This document shows, piece after piece, positions 8,730-18,574 of a DNA stretch of 42,236 nt (its first letter is position 1; each line of letters starts with the position of its first letter). The notes below the pieces were generated by a model, which had not been told where the DNA came from, made no database searches, and saw only the letters and a list, made by a program, of their open reading frames with translations. Both the position numbers and the translations under genes were made by a program. Origin of the DNA: an uncultured Eubacteriales bacterium (lineage in GTDB: Bacteria > Bacillota > Clostridia > Oscillospirales > CAG-272); assembly GCA_934467435.1 (NCBI GenBank), contig CAKSLR010000002.1, positions 1-42,236 on the forward strand, read 5' to 3'.

Positions 8730-10925
8730 TTACATAATCCGGTCAAACTGCCGGTCGAGCTGATTTTTGGTCAGGCGGATGGCAATGGGTCTGCCGTGCG
8801 GGCAAACCGTCATATCGGGCAGCGCCATCACGCGGGAAACCAGCCACGCAATCTGCGCCTCTCCGTACACACGCCCACCTTTGATGGCAGCCTTGCAGGC
8901 GACCTGATACAGCGCCCGCTCACGCCGCATTTCTTCGGTTACGGCGGGGTTTCCCGCCCCATCGGTCAACTCGCCCACCATACGGGAAAACAGATCTTCG
9001 GCATCGGGCAGGCGGATCGCGTCCGGCACGGCGGAAAGCACGGCGCCCCGCTCCCCTGCAGAGAGCGAAAATGCAAACCCGACCCCCTCCAGTTCGGCGC
9101 GGTCGTCCTCGGCTACGGCAAGTTCTTCCTCCCCCAGCGCGACAAAAAGCGGTACCATCAGTTGCTGGGAGCCGATTCTGCCGTCCCTTTTGCGGCGTTC
9201 GTTCAGTTCTTCAAAGAGAATCCGTTCGTGGGCGGCGTGCTTATCAATCAGCAAAAGTTCCTTTTCCCGCTCTACCAGCAGGTAGCAACGGAACGCCTCA
9301 CCGATGATGCGATAGGGCAGCGCATCGGAAAGCGCCGTGTCATCGGCAATCGGTTGTTCCGGGGCAGGTGCGCTCTCCGGTGCCGGGGCAGGTGATTCTT
9401 TTTCCGATGCTGCCGCGCTCACCGTCCCGGAACCGCCGACAGGCGAATCCCACGCAGGTGCCGGAGACATGACAGGTGCCGCCGGACTCCCCTCTTCCTC
9501 CTCGGTCAGAAGGGTGGCATCCGACGCGAGGGAAAGCGCCCCCTGCCCGCCGGAAAACGGCACGGTGGGAGCATCCCCTTCCCCTCGGCTTTCTTCATAA
9601 AACCCGTGCAGGCGCGCCAGCGCCTCCCGCACCGAAGGGGTTCCGCCAGTCGGGATAGCCGCTTCCCGCGCGGTGGCGGGGGCAGCAGATGCCGACACCG
9701 CTTGCGGTGCCGGCGGAACGGTTTCTTTTCCGGAGAAATCCCCCTCTGCCGACGCGCCGGAGCGAGGGGCGGACGGATCGGACGGCGCGGCGGCAGGCGC
9801 TGCCGCAGGAACGGACGCGGAGAAAAGGTTTGCCGCCGACATCTGCCGCACACGGGTATCGTCCCCGATCGGCACAAAAGCGGTCAGCGGATTCTTTGCC
9901 TGCCGCGTGCCGGACAGTTGCAGTTCGGGTCGGCTCTCATCTTTCTCAAGTGCCGAACGGACCGCATAATAGACGGTTTCAAAAATCAGCCGCTCATCCG
10001 AAAACTTGACTTCCAGTTTGGCGGGGTGCACATTGACATCCACCGCTGCGGGGTGAAGTTCGAGGAACAGTGCGGCAACGGGAAACCGCTCGGGCGCCAT
10101 GTAGGAGGTATATGCCTTTTCCAGCGCCGCCAGGATGGTTTTGCTTTTGACATACCGCCCATTGATGAAAAAGTTCTGATAATTCCGGTTGTTGCGGGCA
10201 TGATCGGGCGTGCCGATAAAGCCATGCACGCGCACGCCGCCGTTTTCCCCCTCTACGGGAAGGAGACGTTTGGCAAAATCACGTCCGAGGAGTGCGTAGA
10301 GCGTATGCAGCAGATTCCCGTCCCCCGCCGTGCGGAAACGGCTGACGCCGTCGGTAATCCATTCAAAAGCAATATCGGGGCGGGACATGGCGATCTTCTC
10401 CACCACCGCGGTGGATGCCATGGTTTCGGTCGCATCTTTTTTGAGGAATTTCCGTCTTGCCGGCACATTGCCGAACAGGTTCTCCACCACCACGGTAGTG
10501 CCGTTCGAGGCGCCGACCTCCGAAAGGTCGGTGACGCTGCCCGCCGTAGCGGCAAGCAGGGTGCCGCTCGGCGCTTCCTCGGTTTTCGTGATGATATGTA
10601 ACTCCGACACTGCCGCGATGGCAGCCAGTGCTTCCCCGCGGAAGCCGAGCGTACCGATGGCGGCAAGATCCTCGGCACGGTGAATCTTACTGGTGGCGTG
10701 CCGGCGGATGGAAACGGGCAGATCGTCCGGCGACATCCCGCAACCGTTATCCGACACGCGGATGAGAGAAACGCCGCCGCGGCGAACCTCCGCCGTCACG
10801 CGGGTCGCCCCGGCATCAATCGCGTTTTCCAGCAGTTCTTTGAGAACCGACGCCGGGCGGTCGACCACCTCGCCCGCCGCGATCAGGTTTGCCAGTGAAA
10901 AATCCAGAACGTTAATGCGTCCCAA
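8730..10925 (-). CDS. mutL: DNA mismatch repair protein MutL
   Basis: GHKL ATPase N-terminus (IAAGEVVDRPASVLKELLENAIDAG), low-complexity Ala/Pro linker, C-terminal dimerisation/endonuclease domain (DKHAAHERILFE). Confidence 0.95.
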   Translation of the reverse strand: MGRINVLDFSLANLIAAGEVVDRPASVLKELLENAIDAGATRVTAEVRRGGVSLIRVSDNGCGMSPDDLPVSIRRHATSKIHRAEDLAAIGTLGFRGEALAAIAAVSELHIITKTEEAPSGTLLAATAGSVTDLSEVGASNGTTVVVENLFGNVPARRKFLKKDATETMASTAVVEKIAMSRPDIAFEWITDGVSRFRTAGDGNLLHTLYALLGRDFAKRLLPVEGENGGVRVHGFIGTPDHARNNRNYQNFFINGRYVKSKTILAALEKAYTSYMAPERFPVAALFLELHPAAVDVNVHPAKLEVKFSDERLIFETVYYAVRSALEKDESRPELQLSGTRQAKNPLTAFVPIGDDTRVRQMSAANLFSASVPAAAPAAAPSDPSAPRSGASAEGDFSGKETVPPAPQAVSASAAPATAREAAIPTGGTPSVREALARLHGFYEESRGEGDAPTVPFSGGQGALSLASDATLLTEEEEGSPAAPVMSPAPAWDSPVGGSGTVSAAASEKESPAPAPESAPAPEQPIADDTALSDALPYRIIGEAFRCYLLVEREKELLLIDKHAAHERILFEELNERRKRDGRIGSQQLMVPLFVALGEEELAVAEDDRAELEGVGFAFSLSAGERGAVLSAVPDAIRLPDAEDLFSRMVGELTDGAGNPAVTEEMRRERALYQVACKAAIKGGRVYGEAQIAWLVSRVMALPDMTVCPHGRPIAIRLTKNQLDRQFDRIM

Positions 10926-10953
10926 ACGGTTCCCCTCCTTTCATGCCGTGCGC

Positions 10954-13596
10954 TCAGCGCGTGCCCGACACGATTTTTTTGAGTTCAAATACAAAATTCA
11001 TTGCCTCAATCGGCGTCATGGTATTCAGGTCGGCAGTGCGAATCTTTTCCGCTGCCTCATCTGCCTCCCGATCGGCAAGAGCGGCAAACAGATCGGGTTC
11101 TCCGGCGGGCGGCGGCGGGGTGGTTCCCTTGGCGGGGCGAATGCCGCTGCCGCTTTCAATCCCCGCAAGAATTTCCCGCGCGCGGCGCACCACTTCCCCC
11201 GGCACCCCTGCGAGTTTGGCAACCTCAATGCCGTAACTGTCATCGGTTGCCCCGCGCACGATCTTGCGCAAAAAGGTAATGTTATCCCCATGCTTTTTGG
11301 CGGCGATGTTGTAGTTCACCACCCCGGCAATCTCCCCTTCCAGGGCGGTCAGTTCGTGGTAGTGCGTAGCAAAGAGGGTGCGGGCGCCGATCTTTTTGCC
11401 CGCGGTATATTCCGCCACCGCGCGGGCAATGCTCATGCCGTCATAGGTGCTGGTGCCGCGCCCGACCTCGTCATAAATGATGAGCGAGCGGGAAGTGGCT
11501 TTTTTCAGAATATTCGCCACCTCGGTCATCTCCAGCATAAAGGTGGATTGCCCCGAGGCAAGGTCGTCCGATGCCCCCACGCGGGTAAAGAGTTTATCCA
11601 CTACGCCGAGATGCGCTTCCTTCGCGGGGATAAAAGAGCCGATCTGCGCCATGACCGCCATGAGCGCAACCTGCCGCATATACGTGGATTTCCCCGCCAT
11701 ATTCGGGCCCGTAATCAAAAGCAGGCGGTCGCTGCCCGTGTTCAGTTTGGTGTCGTTCGGGACAAAATAACTGTCGGTCACGAATTTCTCCACCACCGGG
11801 TGTCTGCCGTCCCGCACGTCAAAGCGGTCGGAAAGATCTACCTCCGGGCAGACATAGTTGTTTTTCGAGGCAACCTCGGCAAGGGAAAGATAAACGTCAA
11901 GTTCCGCCATTTCCGCCGCCACCAGTTGAATGCGGGAGGCTGCCGCCGCTACGGTATCCCGCACGCGGCCGAACACCGAAAATTCCAGGGCAATCAGTTT
12001 ATCGGCAGCGCCCAGCACGGTGGATTCCATATCCTTTAGCTCCTGGGTGATATAGCGTTCACAGTTGGCGAGTGTCTGTTTGCGGATATAGCGGTCGGGT
12101 ACCGCGTCCATCTGCGAACGGCTGACCTCTATGTAATAGCCGAAAACCTTATTGTACCCCACGCGCAGGTTGCGGATACCGGTGGCATCCCGTTCCTTCG
12201 CTTCAATTTCTTCAATCCACCCTTTGCCGTTCTGCATGACCGAACGAAGGTAGTCCACGTCCTTATCATACCCGTCGCGGATGATACCTCCATCCCGCAG
12301 GGAAAAGGGCGGATCCTCGGGAATCGCGGCTTCCAGCAGTTCACGGATATCGGAAAGAGTCTCTTTATCCTCGCAGATCTCCCGCAGGCGGGGGGCAGAA
12401 AAGGCATGCAGCGCCCCGCGCAGATCGGGCAGGATATGAATGCTTTGCAGCACCGCGCGCAGGTCTTTGGCGTTGGCGGTGCCGTACACCACCTTGGCGG
12501 TCAGGCGTTCCAGGTCCAGCACGTCCGAGAGCAGGGCGCGCAACTCCTCCCGCCCCATGAAATCCGAAACCAGTTCCCCGACCGCCGCCTGGCGGGCGCC
12601 GATGGCAACGGGGCTGAGCAGCGGGCGCAGCAACCAGGAACGCAGCATCCGCGCCCCCATTGCCGTTTCGGTCTTATCCAGCACCCAGAGCAGCGAGCCT
12701 TTTTTCTCTTTGGTGCGCATGGATTCCACCAGTTCCAGGTTCCGCCGGGTGCTGAGATCAATCTCCATGGCTTGTCCGTCCGTATAGACCTGCACCGTGC
12801 GCACAAAGGAATCGGCGCATTTCTGCGTTTCGCGGATATAGGCAAGCAGTGCGCCGACCGCCACAATGGCGGGCGGGGCGGTCAGCGTTTCGCTTTCTGC
12901 GGGAAAGCGTTCGCTCACCGCCATCCGCGCCCCGACCTCATCAAACAGATCGGGACGATGGTCGGTAATCAGCGTGCCGAAGCGATTGGTAAGGAACTCC
13001 GCCGCCTCCGGGCAGGCACTTTTATCAATATTCAGGATGACCTCGCGCGGGGCGTAGATCCCGAGTTCGTTCTCCAGACGCGACAAAAGATCCTCACCCT
13101 CCAGCACCGTTACCGAAATCTGCCCCGTGGAAATATCCGCGAACCCGAGCCCGATACTGCCGTGGTCGGCATAAAAAATGGCGGCAAGGTAATTATTCTG
13201 TGCATCGCGCAGCAGACTGCCGTCGGTAATGGTGCCGGGCGTGACCACCCGCACAATCTCCCGCCGTACCAGCCCCTTTGCCTGCGCGGGGTCCTCGGTC
13301 TGCTCACACACCGCCACGCGGTAGCCCTTTTCCACCAGTTTACCGATATAGAGATCCGCTTTATGGAACGGCACCCCGCACATGGCGGCACGTTTGTCAT
13401 CCCCGCAGTCGCGCCCGGTGAGCGTCAGTTCCAGCTCACGGGATGCCACCACGGCGTCCGAAAAGAACATCTCAAAAAAGTCACCGAGACGGTACATCAG
13501 GATATAATCCTTGTACTGCGCCTTGATGTCGAGGTATTGCTGCATCATCGGTGTGACCACCGAAAGGCAGGAAACATCGGTCACCACTTCAGCCAT
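10954..13596 (-). CDS. mutS: DNA mismatch repair protein MutS
   Basis: TPMMQQYL N-terminus, Walker A GPNMAGKSTYMRQ, full length of 880 aa. Confidence 0.95.
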   Translation of the reverse strand: MAEVVTDVSCLSVVTPMMQQYLDIKAQYKDYILMYRLGDFFEMFFSDAVVASRELELTLTGRDCGDDKRAAMCGVPFHKADLYIGKLVEKGYRVAVCEQTEDPAQAKGLVRREIVRVVTPGTITDGSLLRDAQNNYLAAIFYADHGSIGLGFADISTGQISVTVLEGEDLLSRLENELGIYAPREVILNIDKSACPEAAEFLTNRFGTLITDHRPDLFDEVGARMAVSERFPAESETLTAPPAIVAVGALLAYIRETQKCADSFVRTVQVYTDGQAMEIDLSTRRNLELVESMRTKEKKGSLLWVLDKTETAMGARMLRSWLLRPLLSPVAIGARQAAVGELVSDFMGREELRALLSDVLDLERLTAKVVYGTANAKDLRAVLQSIHILPDLRGALHAFSAPRLREICEDKETLSDIRELLEAAIPEDPPFSLRDGGIIRDGYDKDVDYLRSVMQNGKGWIEEIEAKERDATGIRNLRVGYNKVFGYYIEVSRSQMDAVPDRYIRKQTLANCERYITQELKDMESTVLGAADKLIALEFSVFGRVRDTVAAAASRIQLVAAEMAELDVYLSLAEVASKNNYVCPEVDLSDRFDVRDGRHPVVEKFVTDSYFVPNDTKLNTGSDRLLLITGPNMAGKSTYMRQVALMAVMAQIGSFIPAKEAHLGVVDKLFTRVGASDDLASGQSTFMLEMTEVANILKKATSRSLIIYDEVGRGTSTYDGMSIARAVAEYTAGKKIGARTLFATHYHELTALEGEIAGVVNYNIAAKKHGDNITFLRKIVRGATDDSYGIEVAKLAGVPGEVVRRAREILAGIESGSGIRPAKGTTPPPPAGEPDLFAALADREADEAAEKIRTADLNTMTPIEAMNFVFELKKIVSGTR

Positions 13597-13618
13597 GGTA
13601 CACCCCCCTTTTGTTTTT

Positions 13619-14011
13619 TCAGTGGCAGCCGCCGCAGGAAGAGCAGTCGTGCGTGCAGGAAGAGGGTCGCACGCCGAAGGCGTAGAAGGTAATCTCCGCG
13701 TTGATCTGCTTCATCAGATCGTTCACCGCCTGCTGCGCCGCGGCAAAATTGCTGTAATGTTCGTTCTGATTGATGGCGGCGGCAAGGGTGTCCATTTTTG
13801 CCTTCAGGCTCTCGATCACATCCTTATCCTGCATGGCGGCATCCTGATTGAATTCTTCCGTAAGGCAGGCGCGGTGTGTATTATATTCGGTCATCTGGGC
13901 AGAGAGTGCCTCGTCTGCGTCAAATGCGGCTTTTGCCGCATCATAAGCAAGCAGCACCTCGTCGTTTTTAATGCCCTCGCCGAGGGCTTTTGCCAGTTCC
14001 ATCACGTTCAT
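13619..14011 (-). CDS. YmcA/YlbF (Com_YlbF, RicA/RicF-like) family protein with Cys-rich C-terminal tail
   Basis: Helical YlbF-like sequence (..AKAAFDADEAL..QMTEYN..). GGAG RBS lies before ATG 14011. Its position between miaB and mutS mirrors B. subtilis ymcB(miaB)-ymcA-..-mutSL. The tail is SSCTHDCSSCGGCH. Confidence 0.6.
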   Translation of the reverse strand: MNVMELAKALGEGIKNDEVLLAYDAAKAAFDADEALSAQMTEYNTHRACLTEEFNQDAAMQDKDVIESLKAKMDTLAAAINQNEHYSNFAAAQQAVNDLMKQINAEITFYAFGVRPSSCTHDCSSCGGCH

Positions 14012-14030
14012 TGTGAGTTTCTCCTTTTCT

Positions 14031-15431
14031 TTATGATTCCTTGACCATCTCGCCATGCAGGGCATAAGGGTCCGCACGGGTGATTTTTACCCGGACAAAC
14101 TGCCCGACATCGGCAGGGGTAGCGGCATAATGCACCAGTTTACCCGATGCACTGCGCCCGCTGTAATGCTGCGCATCATGGCGGCTGACCCCGTCGGTCA
14201 GCACCCGCAGAACGCGCCCGACATACGCGCGGTTGGCATCCAGCGCAATCTCGTCCTGCAGGGCAAGCAGGCGGGAAAACCGCGCCTGTTTCACCTCGTC
14301 CGGCACCGCCCCTGCCATGGTGGCGGCGGGGGTACCCGTGCGCGGTGAATAGAGGAACGAATAGACCATATCAAAGCGCACGCGCCGAAGGGCGTCCAGC
14401 GTCAGGGCGAAATCATCTTCTGTTTCGCCGGGAAAACCGACGATGATATCCGAGGTCAGCGCGATGTCCGGCATCTGCGTCCGCAGGGCATCGACCGTCT
14501 GCAGATACTTCCCCAGCGTATAACGCCGGTTCATGGCGGCAAGAATCCGGTCGCTGCCCGATTGCAGCGGCAGATGGAAATGGTTCTCCACCCGCCCCCG
14601 GTTTGCCGCCATCACGGCAATCAGATCGGGGGAAACATCCTTGGGATGGCTGGTCATAAACCGCAGCACAAAATCCCCCTTCACCCGACAAAGGCGGTCC
14701 AGCAGCGTGGCAAAATCACAGTCGCTGTGATACGAATTGACGTTCTGCCCGAGCAGCGTAATATCCCGGCAGCCGGACGATGCCAACTCCTCCACCTCCC
14801 GCACGATCTCGGCAGAGGCGCGGCTGCGCTCCCGCCCGCGGACATACGGGACGATACAGTATGTGCAGAAGTTGTTGCAACCATACATAATGCTGACATA
14901 GGCACGGTGCGCCTCGCGCCGTGCGATCGGCACGCCCTCCGCCGCCTCCCCGTCGTCCTCCCCGAGGAGGAACTGGCGGCGGTGCTGCTCCATGGCGCGC
15001 AGAAGCACCAGCGGCATCTTATGCAGCGAAGCCGGCTCCAGTGTGAACGTTACGTAAGGATAACCGTGCTTCAGCTGATCGACCCGTTTTTGCTGCGCGG
15101 TCATGCAGCCGCAGACCCCCACAATCAGGTCGGGGTTCTTTTCCCGCAGGTGCTTGCAGTTGCCGATGAGTGAAAGCGCCCGCAGTTCCGCGTGCTCGCG
15201 TACGGCGCAGGTGTTAATCAGAATGAGGTCGGCGTCCTCCGGCTCGGCGCAGGAAACATACCCCATTTCCTCCGCCATGCCGCGCAGTTTTTCTCCGTCC
15301 GCCTCATTTTGCTGGCAACCGAGCGTTTGTACATAAACTTTTTGCGGGTGACCCGCCGCAGCGGTGGCGTGATTCCGCTCGCGCACCGCGCGGATACAGG
15401 ATTGCAGTTGTTCATCCCGGCGAATATCCAT
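14031..15431 (-). CDS. miaB: tRNA-2-methylthio-N6-dimethylallyladenosine synthase MiaB
   Basis: UPF0004 N-domain (VYVQTLGCQQNEADGEK), radical-SAM CNNFCTYCIVP, TRAM C-terminus. ATG 15431 has an AAGGAG RBS. The upstream 124 codons of the track ORF look non-coding. Confidence 0.9.
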   Translation of the reverse strand: MDIRRDEQLQSCIRAVRERNHATAAAGHPQKVYVQTLGCQQNEADGEKLRGMAEEMGYVSCAEPEDADLILINTCAVREHAELRALSLIGNCKHLREKNPDLIVGVCGCMTAQQKRVDQLKHGYPYVTFTLEPASLHKMPLVLLRAMEQHRRQFLLGEDDGEAAEGVPIARREAHRAYVSIMYGCNNFCTYCIVPYVRGRERSRASAEIVREVEELASSGCRDITLLGQNVNSYHSDCDFATLLDRLCRVKGDFVLRFMTSHPKDVSPDLIAVMAANRGRVENHFHLPLQSGSDRILAAMNRRYTLGKYLQTVDALRTQMPDIALTSDIIVGFPGETEDDFALTLDALRRVRFDMVYSFLYSPRTGTPAATMAGAVPDEVKQARFSRLLALQDEIALDANRAYVGRVLRVLTDGVSRHDAQHYSGRSASGKLVHYAATPADVGQFVRVKITRADPYALHGEMVKES

Positions 15432-15519
15432 AAAACTCCTTTTTCGGGGCAATCCCCGCGAAAAAATCAATCTCCGACAGCGACGGCATCGGTTTCGACC
15501 GATGCCGACTTTTCTTTTT

Positions 15520-15548
15520 ATTTTACCACAGAATAAAGAAAAAGTCAA
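15520..15548 (-). promoter_or_regulatory. Sigma-A type promoter (TTGACT-17-TAAAAT) for miaB
   Basis: On the minus strand, TTGACT is at 15548-15543 and TAAAAT at 15525-15520. Confidence 0.55.
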
Positions 15549-15578
15549 GCGCCGTTCCGAAACGGCACGGCGCTTTTT
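15549..15578. terminator. GC hairpin with flanking A/T runs (gcgccgt..acggcgc)
   Basis: 7-bp GC stem plus an inner 3-bp stem. TTTTT lies on the plus side and AAAAA on the other. Confidence 0.45.
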
Positions 15579-15841
15579 GCAAAGGGGAACGGCGGGGGCG
15601 AAGGGGATTTTCGGTATGCCCTCCGGCAAGGCATCCTTGTGGCGCACTGCCCTGCCGCAAGCGGTGCCCATGCCGCGCAAGAAACCGTGCGGCGTGCCGC
15701 ACGGCTTCTTGCAGTGCCGCCCGAAAAGAGCCACCCCGGGTGCGGCGCGCTGCCGTCTCTGCCGTAACGGCAGAGCGGAAGAAAACTGCCATCCGCACCG
15801 CAAAGTCCCTTCTGTTCTGTCACCTCTATTTCCGCTTTTTC

Positions 15842-16237
15842 TTAGATCCCGTCATGCGAGGCATACGGCAACCGTTCTACCAGCAGGTTGCCGCTTGCCC
15901 CTTTGCCGGTCAGAGTAACGGTATAATTACCCTCCTCCCGGATCGACAGGGCAAAATTCGGGATCCCCTCTCCGTTTCCGCTGTACAGTTCTTTCCCTTC
16001 GCTGTCGGTCACGGTCAGGCGCCCTTGCCCTCCCGCAATCGCAAAATGGACACGCAGCACATCCCCCTCCACAAGGGAAAAGATGTGGGTATCGCTGCCG
16101 CTCAGTTCATATATCTCCAGCCGATAGCGGTCGTCTGTTGCCTCCCGCTCTCCGCGGAACACGGTGCCGCAGGCAGAAAGAAGCAGAAGCAGCGCTGCAA
16201 GGCAGAAGCATACCGCCCCCCGTTTTTGGTGTTTCAT
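15842..16237 (-). CDS. Small lipoprotein of unknown function
   Basis: MKHQKRGAVCFCLAALLLLLSAC lipobox. GGAGGAG RBS lies before ATG 16237. The remainder is beta-rich. I recognise no family. Confidence 0.6.
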   Translation of the reverse strand: MKHQKRGAVCFCLAALLLLLSACGTVFRGEREATDDRYRLEIYELSGSDTHIFSLVEGDVLRVHFAIAGGQGRLTVTDSEGKELYSGNGEGIPNFALSIREEGNYTVTLTGKGASGNLLVERLPYASHDGI

Positions 16238-16263
16238 CCGTTCTCCTCCGTTTGACGTATGGG

Positions 16264-16307
16264 AAAAAAGCACCCCGGCGCAACCTTCCGAAAGGCCCGC
16301 GCCGGGG
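16264..16307 (-). terminator. Rho-independent terminator after nrdD
   Basis: On the minus strand: ccccggcgc-(17 nt)-gcgccgggg followed by tgcTTTTTT. Confidence 0.7.
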
Positions 16308-16315
16308 AAAACGAA

Positions 16316-18493
16316 TCAAAGGTGCAACACCCGTTCCTTAATCTCCTGGGTACGCCCCTGGTTCCAGTACTGCGTGCCGATATACCCGCAGGTACGGCGC
16401 GCCACATTCATTTTGCTCTGGTCGCGGTTGTGGCACTGCGGACACTCCCAGACCAGTTTGCCGTCCGGATCGGTGACAATGGAAATCTCCCCGTCATACC
16501 CGCACACCTGGCAGTAATCGGATTTGGTGTTCAGTTCCGCATACATGATATGGTCGTAGATAAACTTCATCACCGCAAGCACCGCCTCCAGGTTGTCCTG
16601 CATGTTGGGCACCTCCACATAACTGATGGCGCCGCCGGGCGAAAGCTGCTGGAACTGGGCTTCAAATGCCAGTTTTGCAAAGGCATCGATCTTCTCGGTC
16701 ACATGCACATGATAACTGTTGGTGATATAGTTTTTATCGGTCACCCCTTCAATGATGCCGAAACGCTTTTGCAGGCACTTGGCAAACTTGTAGGTGGTGG
16801 ATTCGAGCGGCGTGCCGTAAAGGCTGAAGTCGATGTTCTCTTTTTCCTTCCACTTCCGGCAGGCGGCATTCAGATATTCCATTACCTCCAACGCAAAGGG
16901 GGTGGCGGAGGGGTCGGTATGCGATTTACCGGTCATGAACTTCACACACTCATAAAGCCCCGCGTAACCGAGTGAAATGGTCGAGTAGCCGCCGAACAGC
17001 AGCGGGTCAATCACTTCCCCCTTTCCGAGGCGTGCCAGCGCGCCGTACTGCCAGAGAATCGGCGCCGCATCGGAAAGCGTGCCGAGCAGACGGTTGTGGC
17101 GGCACATCAGCGCCCGATAGCAAAGGTCAAGGCGCTCGTCCATCACCCGCCAGAACTTATCGATATTCCCCCCCGAGGAAAGCGCCACATCCACCAGGTT
17201 GAGGGTCACTACGCCCTGGTTGAAACGACCGTAATACTTCGGTTTGCCCTCGGCGTCCACATACGGGGTAAGAAAACTGCGGCAACCCATGCAGGTATAG
17301 CAATGCCCCTCACCGTTCTTGTCCACCTTCAGTTTCAGCATGATTTTTTCCGAGATATAGTCGGGCACCATGCGGCGGGCAGTACATTTTGCCGCCAATT
17401 CGGTCAGATAATAGTAGGGGCTGTCCTCATGGATATTATCCTCTTCCAGCACATATACCAGTTTGGGGAAAGCGGGGGTGACAAACACGCCCTTTTCGTT
17501 TTTCACGCCGGTATAGCGCTGGCGCAGCACTTCTTCAATGATAATGGCAAGGTCTTTCTTTTCCTGCTCGTCCTTTGCCTCGTTCAGGTACATGAAGACC
17601 GTGACAAAGGGTGCCTGCCCATTGGTCGTCAGAAGGGTGACCACCTGGTACTGGATGGTCTGCACGCCGCGGCGAATCTCCTCCCGCAGGCGTTTTTCGG
17701 TGATGCGCGCCACCTTCTCGGGCAAAGCAACGCCGTCCACATCCTGCAACTCCTCTGCTACTTCCCGCAGCAGTTTTTCCCGGCTGATCTTCACAAACGG
17801 GGCAAGGTGGGTCAGGCTGATGCTCTGCCCCCCGTACTGATTGGATGCCACCTGGGCGATGATCTGCGTGGCAATATTGCAGGCGGTGGAGAAGGAATGC
17901 GGTTTTTCGATCATGGTACCGCTGATGACCGTGCCGTTTTGCAGCATATCCTCCAGGTTGACCAGATCGCAGTTGTGCATATGCTGCGCAAAATAGTCAC
18001 TGTCATGGAAATGAATCAGCCCTGCTTCATGCGCATCAACGATATCTTTCGGCAAAAGAATCCGGCGCGTGATGTCCTTGCTCACCTCTCCCGCCATATA
18101 GTCCCGCTGCACCGAGTTGACGGTAGGATTTTTATTGGAGTTCTCCTGCTTGACTTCTTCATTGTTGCACTCGATGAGCGAAAGAATCTGCTCGTCTGTG
18201 GTATTCGACTTCCGGATCAGGGAACGGGTATAACGGTAGGTGATGTATTTTTTTGCCACCTCGTACGCCCCGTGCGCCATAATCTGGGTCTCTACCAGTT
18301 CCTGAACCTCCTCCACCCCGAGGGCGCGGTTCATCTTCTGGCAGGCGTATTCCACGCTCTCCGCAATACGGCGGATCTGCATCGGTGTCATGCGCTCTTC
18401 TTCTGGCACCGCCTCATTGGCATGCGTCACGGCGGCAATGATCTTGGTAATGTCAAATGGCACTTCGGCTCCGCTGCGCTTGATGATTTTCAT
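16316..18493 (-). CDS. nrdD: Anaerobic ribonucleoside-triphosphate reductase (class III RNR)
   Basis: ATP-cone N-terminus (MKIIKRSGAEVPFD), C-terminal zinc ribbon (CQVCGY..CPQCHN) and glycyl-radical motif (RRTCGYIG). Confidence 0.95.
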   Translation of the reverse strand: MKIIKRSGAEVPFDITKIIAAVTHANEAVPEEERMTPMQIRRIAESVEYACQKMNRALGVEEVQELVETQIMAHGAYEVAKKYITYRYTRSLIRKSNTTDEQILSLIECNNEEVKQENSNKNPTVNSVQRDYMAGEVSKDITRRILLPKDIVDAHEAGLIHFHDSDYFAQHMHNCDLVNLEDMLQNGTVISGTMIEKPHSFSTACNIATQIIAQVASNQYGGQSISLTHLAPFVKISREKLLREVAEELQDVDGVALPEKVARITEKRLREEIRRGVQTIQYQVVTLLTTNGQAPFVTVFMYLNEAKDEQEKKDLAIIIEEVLRQRYTGVKNEKGVFVTPAFPKLVYVLEEDNIHEDSPYYYLTELAAKCTARRMVPDYISEKIMLKLKVDKNGEGHCYTCMGCRSFLTPYVDAEGKPKYYGRFNQGVVTLNLVDVALSSGGNIDKFWRVMDERLDLCYRALMCRHNRLLGTLSDAAPILWQYGALARLGKGEVIDPLLFGGYSTISLGYAGLYECVKFMTGKSHTDPSATPFALEVMEYLNAACRKWKEKENIDFSLYGTPLESTTYKFAKCLQKRFGIIEGVTDKNYITNSYHVHVTEKIDAFAKLAFEAQFQQLSPGGAISYVEVPNMQDNLEAVLAVMKFIYDHIMYAELNTKSDYCQVCGYDGEISIVTDPDGKLVWECPQCHNRDQSKMNVARRTCGYIGTQYWNQGRTQEIKERVLHL

Positions 18494-18574
18494 GGTCTTT
18501 TATCCTTTCGCAAAAAAAGCGGTCCCCGCCCGGGTGGGCAGGCAGGGGCTGTGTGATCTTCGTCTTATACTGAA

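Noticed and set aside
18494-18574. Possible cobalamin or other riboswitch in the nrdD leader.
   Set aside because: The leader is only about 75 nt from the predicted start site to the ATG. That is too short for a B12 element, and only a weak GC hairpin with a T-run is present.
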